Translations under genes and position numbers: made by a program
In this document: positions 25,060-34,911 of the stretch, piece by piece
Position numbering within the stretch: the stretch's first letter is position 1
Layout: the number at the start of each line of letters is the position of its first letter
Origin: an uncultured delta proteobacterium
Lineage (GTDB): Bacteria > Desulfobacterota > Desulfobacteria > Desulfobacterales > UBA11574
DNA: 64,000 nucleotides
Direction of reading: 5' to 3'
Assembly: GCA_963752565.1 (NCBI GenBank)
Contig: CAVVZC010000018.1
Span: 7,039-71,038 of the forward strand
The notes under the pieces: generated by a model
Databases searched by the model: none
Told to the model about the DNA's origin: nothing
The model's input: the letters and a program-made list of their open reading frames with translations, nothing else

Positions 25060-27738
25060 CTAATGGGTCAAATCTTTATCCTTTACAACTTCGCTGGCAG
25101 ACAGACCTCTATTGTATATTCTTAGCTCATCCATCAGGCCATTAAGCTTGTAACTCGAATTGTTCATCCATCCGCTGATTCTGACATTTGAACCCACTGT
25201 CCTGTTTGCATGACCCGATCCTCGAACCGTGCTCAGAGACTGCTCCACGCCGTCGATGAAAAGACTGTTTTGCGTTGTTCCGCTGTTTGTAAATACCGCA
25301 GCAATATGATGCCAGTTGTTGGCAAGCTTGGCAGATGCGCCGGTAATTCCGTAAATATCTCCCTGAGCGGTATTAAAACCAAAAAGGTCGCTATAAAACC
25401 AAAGATCGTATGAGGTCCATCCAAGGGGCATCTGGCTGTTCCCGCCAAGCCATTTCATCCAAAAGGTCACCGTTGTTTGATCACCGGATGAGGTTGAGAC
25501 CGGAAGGCCGGTGATATCGATAGTGCCGGTGCTGCTGCTAAATTCTCCGGAATATCCGATATGGCTGTCAGTGGTATTTATTGCTGCACTCCCGTAAGGT
25601 GTGCCATGATAGCTGTTTCCGGAAGAATCCTTAACTTCACCGGCCGTCCCGACGTTCCAGCTGCTCTCGTCCATATAATAAACCGCCAAAGGTTCCGTGT
25701 AACAGGTTCCGGAGCAGGTATGGGTCAGGGTGTATAGGCTTGTTATCTCCTCTTCGGTCAACGCCTTGGAAAAAACCATAAACTCATCTATTTTGCTTCT
25801 TATTGTATTAGACACGGCGCTTTTTCCCAAATACAACGGATCATCGTTATCACTGCTCGCATTCATGGTTATGCCTGTGGCACTTCTATCCAGGGTACCG
25901 TTGAGATATAATTTAAGTGTTCCTGAATCATAAACGCCTGTGACGAAATACCATACGCCTGTAACCATTGAAGCATTCGAATCAAATCCCTGATTTCCAG
26001 GGTCAACACGAAAATGGATCCTTCCGGAACTTGGCCTTAGCCACATGGCGTAATTTCTTCTTGAACCATTGCCTTTGACAAACATTTGATCCCACCCACC
26101 GGATGAATTCTCCATCATTTTGTACCAGAAAGCAACGGACCAGTTACTTCCGGTTAAATCGAGAGAAGGATCATCAGGTATCTCAATGCCATGGTTGGCG
26201 GCAGTAAAAGATGCAGAACTGCAAACCTTACCCGATCCAATGGTATTGGCACCTCCTATCGCCTTTCCATTGAGGCTGCTGCCACCCGAGTCCTGGACCT
26301 CTCCGTCTGTGCCGTCCCAGCTGCATTCGTCCATGCGCCATTCAGCAGACAGATCCACCGAATAGGGTGCACCTCCTCCTGTGGACAAGACCGATACGCT
26401 CAAAATAATCTGTGCGGTATTGTCTGAACAAGATGCATCGGTCGCTGTTAGGGTAAAGGTGAAAGACCCCACAGAGGAGAGGCCGTCCTTTTTGATGGTG
26501 CATGTGTCAGTTCCACTGGACGACACCGTAAAGCCGGTGGCGCCGCCGGTATCAAGGGTCCACTCAATGTCCCCAAGATGTCCGCCGTTTGCCTGAAAGG
26601 TTTCCTGCTGGGTAACACTGCCCCAATCAATGTCTACACCGGATCCGCTGGTTCGTGAGACAGACAAATTGCTCGCTACCTGAATTGTGAAATTGCTGGG
26701 ATTAGGATCAGGATCATTATCTGTATCAGAGTCTTTTACCTGAGCTGAAATGGTATACGTGCCGGGGCACTGATCGAGTGTTCCCGACAGTTGTGCGAGA
26801 TAGGTGTGAAGGAACAGGTTGGACAAACCACCGTCATCGCTCAGGTTCCATTCATAAGGCGTGGTGCCGCCGGTGGCCTGAAATGTAGCAGAATAGCTGC
26901 TGTTGACGAAGCCGGACGGGAGAGAGCTGGTAGTAATCGAAACATTCCCCCCCCCTGACCCGCACGGTGAAATACTGTAACAATCCTGATCATCACAGTC
27001 GATATGACCATCACCATCGTCATCCGTGCCGTTATCACAAATTTCAGATGTTTCACTACTCCCGCCGCTGCCTGAACCGAAACCCTGGCTTCCGGCCAAC
27101 ACAGTGCATGCTTTTGAAACCATGAGGTCATCATAGGCGCCTGATTCCATGATCCTGTTCGGGTCATCATAAATCGCATCGTCAACCCGATTTAACCCGT
27201 CGAAAAGCCCCATGGCGCCATCTTCATCTTTTAAACCACCGCTGACAATGACATAGGCCATGTGCGTCAACGTACCGTTGATGTTCACATGGAGTTTATC
27301 CGGATTCACAGGATCATCCGAACATGCCGTCTTCAGCGTTGTGCCCATATTACCGGAATTCGTGACGGTTAAATCTTTGTTTACACCATATTTTAAACGT
27401 TTACCCCATGCATCGTCGCCTGAAGAAAGACCCAGCGTAATGTACGGGAGGTTTCCGAAATATGTCGGTGTTACAGAATCCTCTTTCCCGGAGGTTCCGT
27501 TGTCGGCAAAAGGTAATCGGCCGTTGGCCGCAACATATCCCTGGATGGCATAATCAACTTTTTCCAGTATGGCCCGGGCTTTCTTGACCTTTGAAGACTT
27601 AATAAGGGAAGGCAACACCGTTGCCACGATGGAGATGACAATTCCCACAATCACCAGAACCACCGCCATTTCAATGAGGGTAAATCCTGATGAATCCGTT
27701 TTAATCGTCTTTTTGTACAAATGAAGCATTTTCTTCAT
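25060..27738 (-). CDS. Giant prepilin-adhesin: type IV pilin N-terminus + Cys/Asp metal-binding-like motif + 2 Ig-like domains + 2 LamG (concanavalin A-like) domains
   Basis: An 18-aa leader ends in G|FTLIEMAVVLVIVGIVISIV. CDNGTDDDGDGHIDCDDQDC spans residues 234-253. An Ig-like signature is present (LPSGFVNSSYSATFQATGGTTPYEW). There are two LamG-type modules, each ending in a DEFMVFSKALTEEEI or DELRIYNRGLSASEV motif. Confidence 0.85.
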   Translation of the reverse strand: MKKMLHLYKKTIKTDSSGFTLIEMAVVLVIVGIVISIVATVLPSLIKSSKVKKARAILEKVDYAIQGYVAANGRLPFADNGTSGKEDSVTPTYFGNLPYITLGLSSGDDAWGKRLKYGVNKDLTVTNSGNMGTTLKTACSDDPVNPDKLHVNINGTLTHMAYVIVSGGLKDEDGAMGLFDGLNRVDDAIYDDPNRIMESGAYDDLMVSKACTVLAGSQGFGSGSGGSSETSEICDNGTDDDGDGHIDCDDQDCYSISPCGSGGGNVSITTSSLPSGFVNSSYSATFQATGGTTPYEWNLSDDGGLSNLFLHTYLAQLSGTLDQCPGTYTISAQVKDSDTDNDPDPNPSNFTIQVASNLSVSRTSGSGVDIDWGSVTQQETFQANGGHLGDIEWTLDTGGATGFTVSSSGTDTCTIKKDGLSSVGSFTFTLTATDASCSDNTAQIILSVSVLSTGGGAPYSVDLSAEWRMDECSWDGTDGEVQDSGGSSLNGKAIGGANTIGSGKVCSSASFTAANHGIEIPDDPSLDLTGSNWSVAFWYKMMENSSGGWDQMFVKGNGSRRNYAMWLRPSSGRIHFRVDPGNQGFDSNASMVTGVWYFVTGVYDSGTLKLYLNGTLDRSATGITMNASSDNDDPLYLGKSAVSNTIRSKIDEFMVFSKALTEEEITSLYTLTHTCSGTCYTEPLAVYYMDESSWNVGTAGEVKDSSGNSYHGTPYGSAAINTTDSHIGYSGEFSSSTGTIDITGLPVSTSSGDQTTVTFWMKWLGGNSQMPLGWTSYDLWFYSDLFGFNTAQGDIYGITGASAKLANNWHHIAAVFTNSGTTQNSLFIDGVEQSLSTVRGSGHANRTVGSNVRISGWMNNSSYKLNGLMDELRIYNRGLSASEVVKDKDLTH

Positions 27739-27768
27739 AATTGTTCCATGCCTAATTGAAGTTATCCA

Positions 27769-29004
27769 CTACATGCCGCCAACCTGGCTGACCATATCGT
27801 AGACCGGAAGAAGCAACGCTAAAAAAATAACTGCAAAAATTGCACCCGCCACCACAAGGACGATGGGTTCGATCATTTTTCCAATCATTTCGACCAGGGT
27901 CGACAGCTTCTTGCTGTATTCTTCTGCGATGTAACCCAACTGTTCTTCAAGCGTTCCGCTCACTTCACCGATATTAATCATCCGTGTAACAAACGTCGGG
28001 AAAATAGAAGCGTCCTCAAAGGCTTCAGATATACTGCTCCCTTTTTTCAAACCTTTTCTGACCTCATCGAGTTTATCACGATACATTTCATTTCTAATGC
28101 TTTCACTTAATATTTTAATGGCTTGCAGAATATTAATCCCGGCTTTGATTAATAGAGAGAAGTATTCTGTTATATGGGCAAGATTTGAAGCAGAGACAAT
28201 AGTCCCCGAAACAGGAAGTTTGATCATAAGCCAATCAGTGGTTTTCCTAAACTGACGACTTCCTTTGCGGGCAGTTAACAGTCCGATGAGGATAGCGGCA
28301 AATCCTATGAACAAATAAATAAAATATGCTTGAAAAAAATCTGATGTTTTTAGAAGATAAATTGTAATGGTCGGAAGGGCAACACTCATTTCCTTAAAAA
28401 GCTCGAGAATCTTCGGCACCACATAGTAAAGCCAAAAGACAAGGCCGATACCCAATGAAATAAATACAAACATCGGATACAAGAGCGCTTTTTTGGTATC
28501 ACTGATAATGGTATGTATCCGATTTACATGTTCGGATGCTTCTTTCAACATCTCATCGAGTCTGCCTGTCTCCTCCCCTATTCTAATAAGGTAAATAACC
28601 GTTGGTGAGAAAAGATCACTAAATTTTTTTGCTGCCTCGGAAAATGACATACCGCCTTGTATGGCGGCAACGATATCCTGTATGCTACTTGCCATGCCGG
28701 GATGTTTCATACTTCCGGCAGCTTCTTCAAGGGCGGTGGTCAAAGGCATGCCGGATCTGAGAAGGAGAGAGAGGTTATTGAAGAGTTCAACTTGATCCGT
28801 CCGCTTGAGTCGGTTAAACAGCCTCAACGAACCCAGCTTCGGAAAAATTGATTCAAATTTATTCAACTTGGATACATAAATCGCCATACTCCCGTTTCTT
28901 TCCAAATAAGAGGCCGTGGAAATTTCATCCTGATAAGGAAGTTTAATGACGCCCGAAGAGGGCCTTCCGTTTGCGGCGATCAATTTATATCTAAAGTAAT
29001 TCAT
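27769..29004 (-). CDS. Type IV filament platform protein (GspF/PilC/MshG family)
   Basis: About 411 aa with two T2SSF repeats and 3 TM segments. The ATG at 29004 is preferred over the TTG at 29013. It follows the ATPase gene directly. Confidence 0.9.
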   Translation of the reverse strand: MNYFRYKLIAANGRPSSGVIKLPYQDEISTASYLERNGSMAIYVSKLNKFESIFPKLGSLRLFNRLKRTDQVELFNNLSLLLRSGMPLTTALEEAAGSMKHPGMASSIQDIVAAIQGGMSFSEAAKKFSDLFSPTVIYLIRIGEETGRLDEMLKEASEHVNRIHTIISDTKKALLYPMFVFISLGIGLVFWLYYVVPKILELFKEMSVALPTITIYLLKTSDFFQAYFIYLFIGFAAILIGLLTARKGSRQFRKTTDWLMIKLPVSGTIVSASNLAHITEYFSLLIKAGINILQAIKILSESIRNEMYRDKLDEVRKGLKKGSSISEAFEDASIFPTFVTRMINIGEVSGTLEEQLGYIAEEYSKKLSTLVEMIGKMIEPIVLVVAGAIFAVIFLALLLPVYDMVSQVGGM

Positions 29005-29017
29005 TTTTAACAATCAA

Positions 29018-30679
29018 TCATTCCTGCCTTATGTGACCCAAAGAACGCACAGCCTCTTCTGTTGTGGTGACACCCAGTTTAACTTTATTTCGTGTAACTT
29101 CAAAAATATCTTCAAAACCCGAAGCTTTTGCCGTTTGAGTGACAACGCTTAAATCATCACCTTTTTCAATAAGCTGGGATAGATTTCGATCTATGGGAAG
29201 GAGCTCATAAATGAGCGTTCGTTCAAAATAGCCCGTACCACCACATATTTCACATCCTTCTCCTCTGAAGAGCTCTTCAATGTCGGGATCTCGCAGGTAG
29301 GCTTTTTCTGTTTCAGACGGCAGATAGGAGGTTTTACAGCCATTGCAGATTTTGCGAACAAGCCTCTGGCTCACCACCCCGACAAGGGAGTCGGCTATTA
29401 AAAAAGGACGAATACCCAGATCCATCAATCTGGGAATAGTGCCAACCGCACTGTTTGTATGCATGGTAGAAAGAACCAGATGGCCCGTGGTTGCAGCGGT
29501 AACAGCGGTGGCCGCTGTTTCTGAATCCCGTATTTCGCCAACCAGAATGACATCCGGATCATGCCGTAAAAAATAACGTATGGCGTTGGCAAAAGTATAA
29601 CCGGCCTTTTCGTTAACCTGGGTCTGTCGCAGTAAAGGAATTTTGAATTCAATCGGTTCCTCAACGGTAATGGTATTCTTCTGGAGCAAATTGAGTCTTC
29701 TGATACCGGAAAAGAGCGTTGTCGACTTTCCGGATCCAGTAGGGCCGGTGATCAGGATGATCCCAAAAGGTTCATTAAACATTTTCTCCAGGGTTTGGAT
29801 GTGTTCTTTAAAAAAGCCGAGTTGTTCCAGCCCCATGACAGAACTTTCCATGGGAAGAACGCGAAGAACCATGCTCTCTCCAAGTGGCGAAACAATCGTA
29901 GAGACTCTGAAGTCATAATAATTGTTCAATATGGTCGTCGAAAATCGGCCGTCCTGGGGCAGTCTCTGTTCGGCAATATCCATGTCCGCCTTCATTTTGA
30001 GACTGGAGACAATTCTATTCAGGGCAACCGGCAGCGACAAAACCGATGTTATGACACCGTCTATTCTAAAGGAAATACTGGTGGACAGTTTCATCGGTTT
30101 GATATGGATGTCTGTGGCCCGCATTTTTACTGCAAGATGCAGGATGTGTTTTACTAAATTATCAAACCCTCTGGCCATCTCTTCGTTCTGAGAAAGAAGA
30201 TAGACCTCTTTTTCAATGAGTTTTTCAACTGGATTTTCAAGAAAGTAATAAAATTTATTGACCGCCCGAACGATTTTTTTTCGCTCGGAAATGTAAAATT
30301 TCGGCAACAGTCCTGTCTGTCTTGAGATGGTCTGCCCGAGCTTTTCATCGATTAAATTATGTGCCGCGATCTCCAGCAGGTTGTCTGTTTTGCGAAACGG
30401 GAGGAAAATATTGTTGAGACATAATTTTTTATTGAACAGCTTAAGGATATTCTCTTCGGGTAAAATGGTATCCACATCAATGTAAGGGACACCGCTCTGC
30501 TCAGACAGGGCGACAACAATATCGTTTTCGGTAACAAATCCGAGCCGCTCTAATATCTCTCCGATTTTCTCTTTGGTAATCTTCTGCTCTTGCAACGCAT
30601 AACCGATATATTCCTCTGTAATGAGCCCCTTTTCCTTTAAAACGACACCCAAAGGTTTTATTTTTTTTTCATGCGTCAT
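29018..30679 (-). CDS. Type IV filament assembly ATPase (GspE/MshE family) with N-terminal MshEN/T2SSE_N domain
   Basis: Walker A GPTGSGKST, Asp/His boxes, tetracysteine CNGC...CEICGGTG, and an N-terminal tandem of 24-residue MshEN-like motifs. Confidence 0.9.
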   Translation of the reverse strand: MTHEKKIKPLGVVLKEKGLITEEYIGYALQEQKITKEKIGEILERLGFVTENDIVVALSEQSGVPYIDVDTILPEENILKLFNKKLCLNNIFLPFRKTDNLLEIAAHNLIDEKLGQTISRQTGLLPKFYISERKKIVRAVNKFYYFLENPVEKLIEKEVYLLSQNEEMARGFDNLVKHILHLAVKMRATDIHIKPMKLSTSISFRIDGVITSVLSLPVALNRIVSSLKMKADMDIAEQRLPQDGRFSTTILNNYYDFRVSTIVSPLGESMVLRVLPMESSVMGLEQLGFFKEHIQTLEKMFNEPFGIILITGPTGSGKSTTLFSGIRRLNLLQKNTITVEEPIEFKIPLLRQTQVNEKAGYTFANAIRYFLRHDPDVILVGEIRDSETAATAVTAATTGHLVLSTMHTNSAVGTIPRLMDLGIRPFLIADSLVGVVSQRLVRKICNGCKTSYLPSETEKAYLRDPDIEELFRGEGCEICGGTGYFERTLIYELLPIDRNLSQLIEKGDDLSVVTQTAKASGFEDIFEVTRNKVKLGVTTTEEAVRSLGHIRQE

Positions 30680-32255
30680 TTTTTATATTTTCCACCTCAT
30701 GGCACAACAGGAAAATGGTTTTTGCATCCGGAAATCCGGTGACTGGAAGTTTCATCTGTTCCTGAAAACCGACCACAGCCATCATAAGATTCTTTCCGAC
30801 GATGCCATCAATGCGGGCGGTATACAAATGCATTTCAGCCATCATTTTTTGGAGCGCAAGCACCTCTTCTCCTTCATAATAATAAAAAAACTTGTTGAAT
30901 ATCACGGGCGGACGCCAGAATAGATAAAAATCTTGTTGACCTTCCAAGTTAGAAATATTTTTGAGCACACCATATTTTTTCTTGATGTCATCTGAAACAT
31001 GATTCAGTCTGACCAACATGTATCCTGTTTCGTCGAATATCGCTTCCGTTATTTCGATAAACCGGTTTGTTTGTAAGGCTTCAAAAAAGGGTTTTTGATA
31101 CTTTACAAGCTTATATTTTCCCAAAAAATCAATCACAGATTGGGGACTGACGGTGTCTTTTCCTGAGTGACTCAGGTCTTTATCATGAATTTGAATTTTC
31201 ATCGGAACATCATTAGATTGTTTTGCCTGAAGGGCGTCTTGAGATGTGTCGAGCTTAAGATGACCTAAATTATCTTTTAGTATTGAATATTTGTTATTGC
31301 TTGAAGATATCGGAGAAATATTTCGGCTAAAACCGGAATAAACGATCCCTCCGAATAAAGACAGCGCTAAAAAAATAGATGCCGCTAAAGTTAAAGGCTT
31401 TTTCAATAATTTTAATTTTTTAGGACGAAAATCGATAAATGCTTCCATAACAATCTGTTTGCAGATCTCTGTTGTGTTATGAAGAAAAGCAACATACAAA
31501 CACCTATCCATCAACAGATTAATCTGTCTGAAATTTCCCTTAGTGAGTTTATAAATATTATTCAGAGCCGCCTTCTGAATTCTTATCTGCCCCCTGTTCC
31601 CGGCCAGGTTCATTTTAAAAGAAATATAGTCCTTTAATTCTTCCAGGGTCAATGCTTTGACTTCTTCCTGGATAACAATTCTACTTCTGAGTTGTCTGAG
31701 TTCTTCGGAATTCAGCAAATCCATTAATTCAGGCTGACCCACCAGCAATATCTGAACCAATTTCTCCCGGCCTGTTTCAAGGTTTGAAATCATTCGGATA
31801 AGCTCGAGACTCTTTAAATCGAGATTCTGAGCGTCGTCAATAATGATCGCACAATTTTTTCCGCGTCGATTCTGCTTCACTAAAAAATCATACAAAAGTT
31901 TCATCTGATCGCTGAAAAGAAGACTTTCCACGTTGTGTCCAAAATCTCGATTTATTTCCCGTATCAGTTCTACATCCTGAAAACCGGTATAAAACACCAA
32001 TGATGTCTCAACACCGTTCTCTTCGATAATGTTCATGATTCTTCGGCTGATGGTCGTCTTTCCCAGACCCACTTCACCTGTCAAAATCATGAATCCCTTT
32101 CTTGCGTTGATGCCGAAGATGATTTCAGTAAGGATCTGTTCGATATGTTGGGAAAAATAAAATTTCTCTTCCTCCGGGGATACTGGAAATGGATTGTGAA
32201 ATAATCCAAAAAATTCGAAACAACCTTGTTCTTCTTTAGCTGAGTATGTATTCAT
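30669..32255 (-). CDS. ExeA/MshM-like AAA+ ATPase with TM segment and C-terminal peptidoglycan-binding domain
   Basis: Walker A GEVGLGKTT and Walker B CAIIIDDAQNL, a TM segment (LTLAASIFLALSLFGGIVY), and a C-terminal PG_binding_1-like sequence (LQKMMAEMHLYTARIDGIVGKNLMMAVVGFQEQMKLPVTG). It overlaps the ATPase start by 11 nt. Confidence 0.8.
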   Translation of the reverse strand: MNTYSAKEEQGCFEFFGLFHNPFPVSPEEEKFYFSQHIEQILTEIIFGINARKGFMILTGEVGLGKTTISRRIMNIIEENGVETSLVFYTGFQDVELIREINRDFGHNVESLLFSDQMKLLYDFLVKQNRRGKNCAIIIDDAQNLDLKSLELIRMISNLETGREKLVQILLVGQPELMDLLNSEELRQLRSRIVIQEEVKALTLEELKDYISFKMNLAGNRGQIRIQKAALNNIYKLTKGNFRQINLLMDRCLYVAFLHNTTEICKQIVMEAFIDFRPKKLKLLKKPLTLAASIFLALSLFGGIVYSGFSRNISPISSSNNKYSILKDNLGHLKLDTSQDALQAKQSNDVPMKIQIHDKDLSHSGKDTVSPQSVIDFLGKYKLVKYQKPFFEALQTNRFIEITEAIFDETGYMLVRLNHVSDDIKKKYGVLKNISNLEGQQDFYLFWRPPVIFNKFFYYYEGEEVLALQKMMAEMHLYTARIDGIVGKNLMMAVVGFQEQMKLPVTGFPDAKTIFLLCHEVENIKNDA

Positions 32256-32364
32256 AGTAATAGCCCTTACCCATCATTTACTTTTTTACTGTATGCATAT
32301 GACATTTTGTCTCGTTATGAAAAACATGGATTGCCGGTTTATAATTTCTTGAGAATTCAACAGA

Positions 32365-33270
32365 TTAAGATTCTTTATCCTTACTTAAACGGTATTTTTG
32401 CGATTTGTTAAACAACAGTTTCAAGTCTTGCATTATTTCAGCTATCCGAATATTTTCCGGATAAAGTAGTTGAAGTTTTGCCAATCGTTGATAGGCGTTT
32501 TCCATTTGTTTGGTATTGATTTCGATAATTGCCATATTGATTCCAGCTTCTTGATCGATCTCATTTTTTGTCAATACTATCTTTAAAAGATCTTTGGCTC
32601 GTTCAAATTCTTTATTATGTATATGCCAGACTGCTTTTAACTTGATGACATAGCTGTTGTTTTGACCCTTTAAAAGCGCTAATTCATCGAGAAGTTTTTC
32701 TGTTCGTTTTTTTTTGCCATGCCCCATCTCCCAGCGGATATCCGCCACCAGGCGGGCAATTTTTGCATTCTTTTTGGCATTTGCCAAAAAAATCTTTTCC
32801 ACCTCCGGAATTGCTGTAACTTCTATGGGTATGGATTTATCTGCTTTTTCGATTTTCGTTTTAGCAACAGCATTTGTTTTAATTGTTTCCTTGGATTTCG
32901 GCGACGGCTCCTTTTCTGTTATGAAAGGTATTTCGGCATCGTCCGGTTTGTTTGAACCATAAACTTCAACCCGGTTATCATTCGCCTTGGGTGGTATATA
33001 TTCAATCCGGCTCAACCTTGAATCTTTCGTTTCCTTCTGACTTTTCGATTCCTTATCCTCTGAGCTTTCAGCAGTATCGACATCCGTTAATTTCTGAATA
33101 TCCGTATTTGGGACTGCAAAACCTTTAATATTTTCACCCGTTGTTTCACGAAGGTGATAATATCCGTAAAGGGTTCCTACACCAATAACAGTTAATATCA
33201 AAAGTACGAAAAGAACAGCAGAAGGAGAATAGAGTGCATTGTTAAAGAAGTGGATTCTCCTTCTTCGCAC
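32365..33270 (-). CDS. Membrane-anchored TPR-like protein (MshN-like by position)
   Basis: GTG start, one TM (AVLFVLLILTVIGVGTLYGYY), a charged low-complexity linker, and C-terminal TPR-like helices (KAVWHIHNKEFERAKDLLKIVL...AYQRLAKLQLLYPEN). Confidence 0.55.
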   Translation of the reverse strand: MRRRRIHFFNNALYSPSAVLFVLLILTVIGVGTLYGYYHLRETTGENIKGFAVPNTDIQKLTDVDTAESSEDKESKSQKETKDSRLSRIEYIPPKANDNRVEVYGSNKPDDAEIPFITEKEPSPKSKETIKTNAVAKTKIEKADKSIPIEVTAIPEVEKIFLANAKKNAKIARLVADIRWEMGHGKKKRTEKLLDELALLKGQNNSYVIKLKAVWHIHNKEFERAKDLLKIVLTKNEIDQEAGINMAIIEINTKQMENAYQRLAKLQLLYPENIRIAEIMQDLKLLFNKSQKYRLSKDKES

Positions 33271-33342
33271 CCATTTATTTTTACTGTTTTCCTTAACTGA
33301 TCGACTCGGTTTTCAGTTTTTTTAATGTTTTAAATATTACGC

Positions 33343-34851
33343 TCATACCAGTTTTACACTTAAAATAATTACAAGCTCCCTGGATTCCACGCGCTTTAGT
33401 TCATTTTTAAAAAGATAACCAAATATCGGTATGTGAGATAGAATAGGAACTCCTTCGTCTTCTTTGGCTTGAATGTCATCAATCAGGCCTCCCAACACCA
33501 CAACGTCTCCATCTTCAAGGTCAATGGTCGTGCTAATTTCCTTAATTCTGACTTCAGGCAAAGATATCTCCGTGCCCCCTTGACCTCCTACACTTCTTGG
33601 TATAAGACTGTCTCGATCTACAGAACTGTTGATGGGATTAATCAAAAGGGAAATCCTTTGATTTTTTCCGATAAACGGGATAACGCCCAAAATAAGTCCA
33701 TCGAACACTGTTGAGACTTCAACATCTCTAATCTCTCTATCAGTTCCCGTGGTCACCTCACGCGTCGTCTGCACACTTTTTTGGTACGTAAAGGATGTTC
33801 CAACGCTGATGAGAGCCGGTTTTCCGTGTTTGACACGAATGCTCGGATTGGACACCACCTTTGCTTTACCGAACGTCATCAAAGCATCCATGGCCGCATC
33901 AATGGATATATCATTGTTTTCATGACTAAAAACCAGACCGCTGCCCAGTGACCATGCAACGCTGGTCTTTGACGTTAATGATGCTGCCTTATCACGCAGT
34001 ACACTCCAGTCAATACCATATTGGTATTTGTCTGTAAGACCGACTTCAATAATCCTTGCCTCGATGAGTATTTGTCTGGACAGCATTGTTTTGAAATTGT
34101 TGATCAGTTTTGAAATGGATTGAATAACGTTCGGTGTATCCTTTACATATAGACTTCCGGACAACCGGTTCAGAGCATATTTCCCGTTTTTAGAAATGAC
34201 TCGAGTGATCATTTGTTCGATCACATCGTAATCATTGCCCTGTTTGGCTGTCTGGCCGGAAAGTTCAAATTTACCTTTTAAGCCGCTGGCGGTTTCCCCT
34301 GACGCACCAAGCACATCTCCTCCGACATTAAAATTTGCATTAATTTTGGTATCAAGAAAATCGAGGCTGAAAATATGTTCTTTAAAAGGAAGGATACGGA
34401 TGACATTCCCCCCAATCTCGTAAAAAAGGTCATATGTACCGAGCACCTCTTTTAGAACAGTGGCTGCTGACACATTTTGAAAATTAAGCGTGAGTAGTTT
34501 CTTCTCAAGACTTACGGCTGGGTCAATGATAAGGTTCATTCCCACGGACTGTGACAGGGAATAAAGAATCACCTTAAGATCTTCATTGATCATTGAAAAT
34601 GAAACCGTATGATCTTCCAGTGGATCGTAAACCGGCATGACGGGTTTATCATTGACTTTGCGAGGCGTTATCCTTTCCAAACTTGGGATAAATTTTCTCT
34701 GCGAGGCTTCCAGCTGCTCAGATTCAGACTTAATATGCTTTTGAGTGGTCTCAAGCGATAATGTTTCAAGTGAAGGGGTTTTTTGGGTTGCACAGCCTGT
34801 AATAATAATCATCGAAAGAATTACCCCGAATATGATATTAAATTGTCTCAT
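33343..34851 (-). CDS. Secretin (GspD/PilQ/MshL family), lipoprotein
   Basis: Lipobox IITGC|ATQ with the ATG at 34851 preceded by GGAGGG. The C-terminal secretin domain is ...VVSNPSIRVKHGKPALISVG...VVVLGGLIDD...GVPILSHIPIFGYLFKN. Confidence 0.85.
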   Translation of the reverse strand: MRQFNIIFGVILSMIIITGCATQKTPSLETLSLETTQKHIKSESEQLEASQRKFIPSLERITPRKVNDKPVMPVYDPLEDHTVSFSMINEDLKVILYSLSQSVGMNLIIDPAVSLEKKLLTLNFQNVSAATVLKEVLGTYDLFYEIGGNVIRILPFKEHIFSLDFLDTKINANFNVGGDVLGASGETASGLKGKFELSGQTAKQGNDYDVIEQMITRVISKNGKYALNRLSGSLYVKDTPNVIQSISKLINNFKTMLSRQILIEARIIEVGLTDKYQYGIDWSVLRDKAASLTSKTSVAWSLGSGLVFSHENNDISIDAAMDALMTFGKAKVVSNPSIRVKHGKPALISVGTSFTYQKSVQTTREVTTGTDREIRDVEVSTVFDGLILGVIPFIGKNQRISLLINPINSSVDRDSLIPRSVGGQGGTEISLPEVRIKEISTTIDLEDGDVVVLGGLIDDIQAKEDEGVPILSHIPIFGYLFKNELKRVESRELVIILSVKLV

Positions 34852-34911
34852 GTACCCTCCAACAATGGAACGCCTGTGAACTTTTATTGGATTTCTCCCC
34901 ATTTTGTAGTT

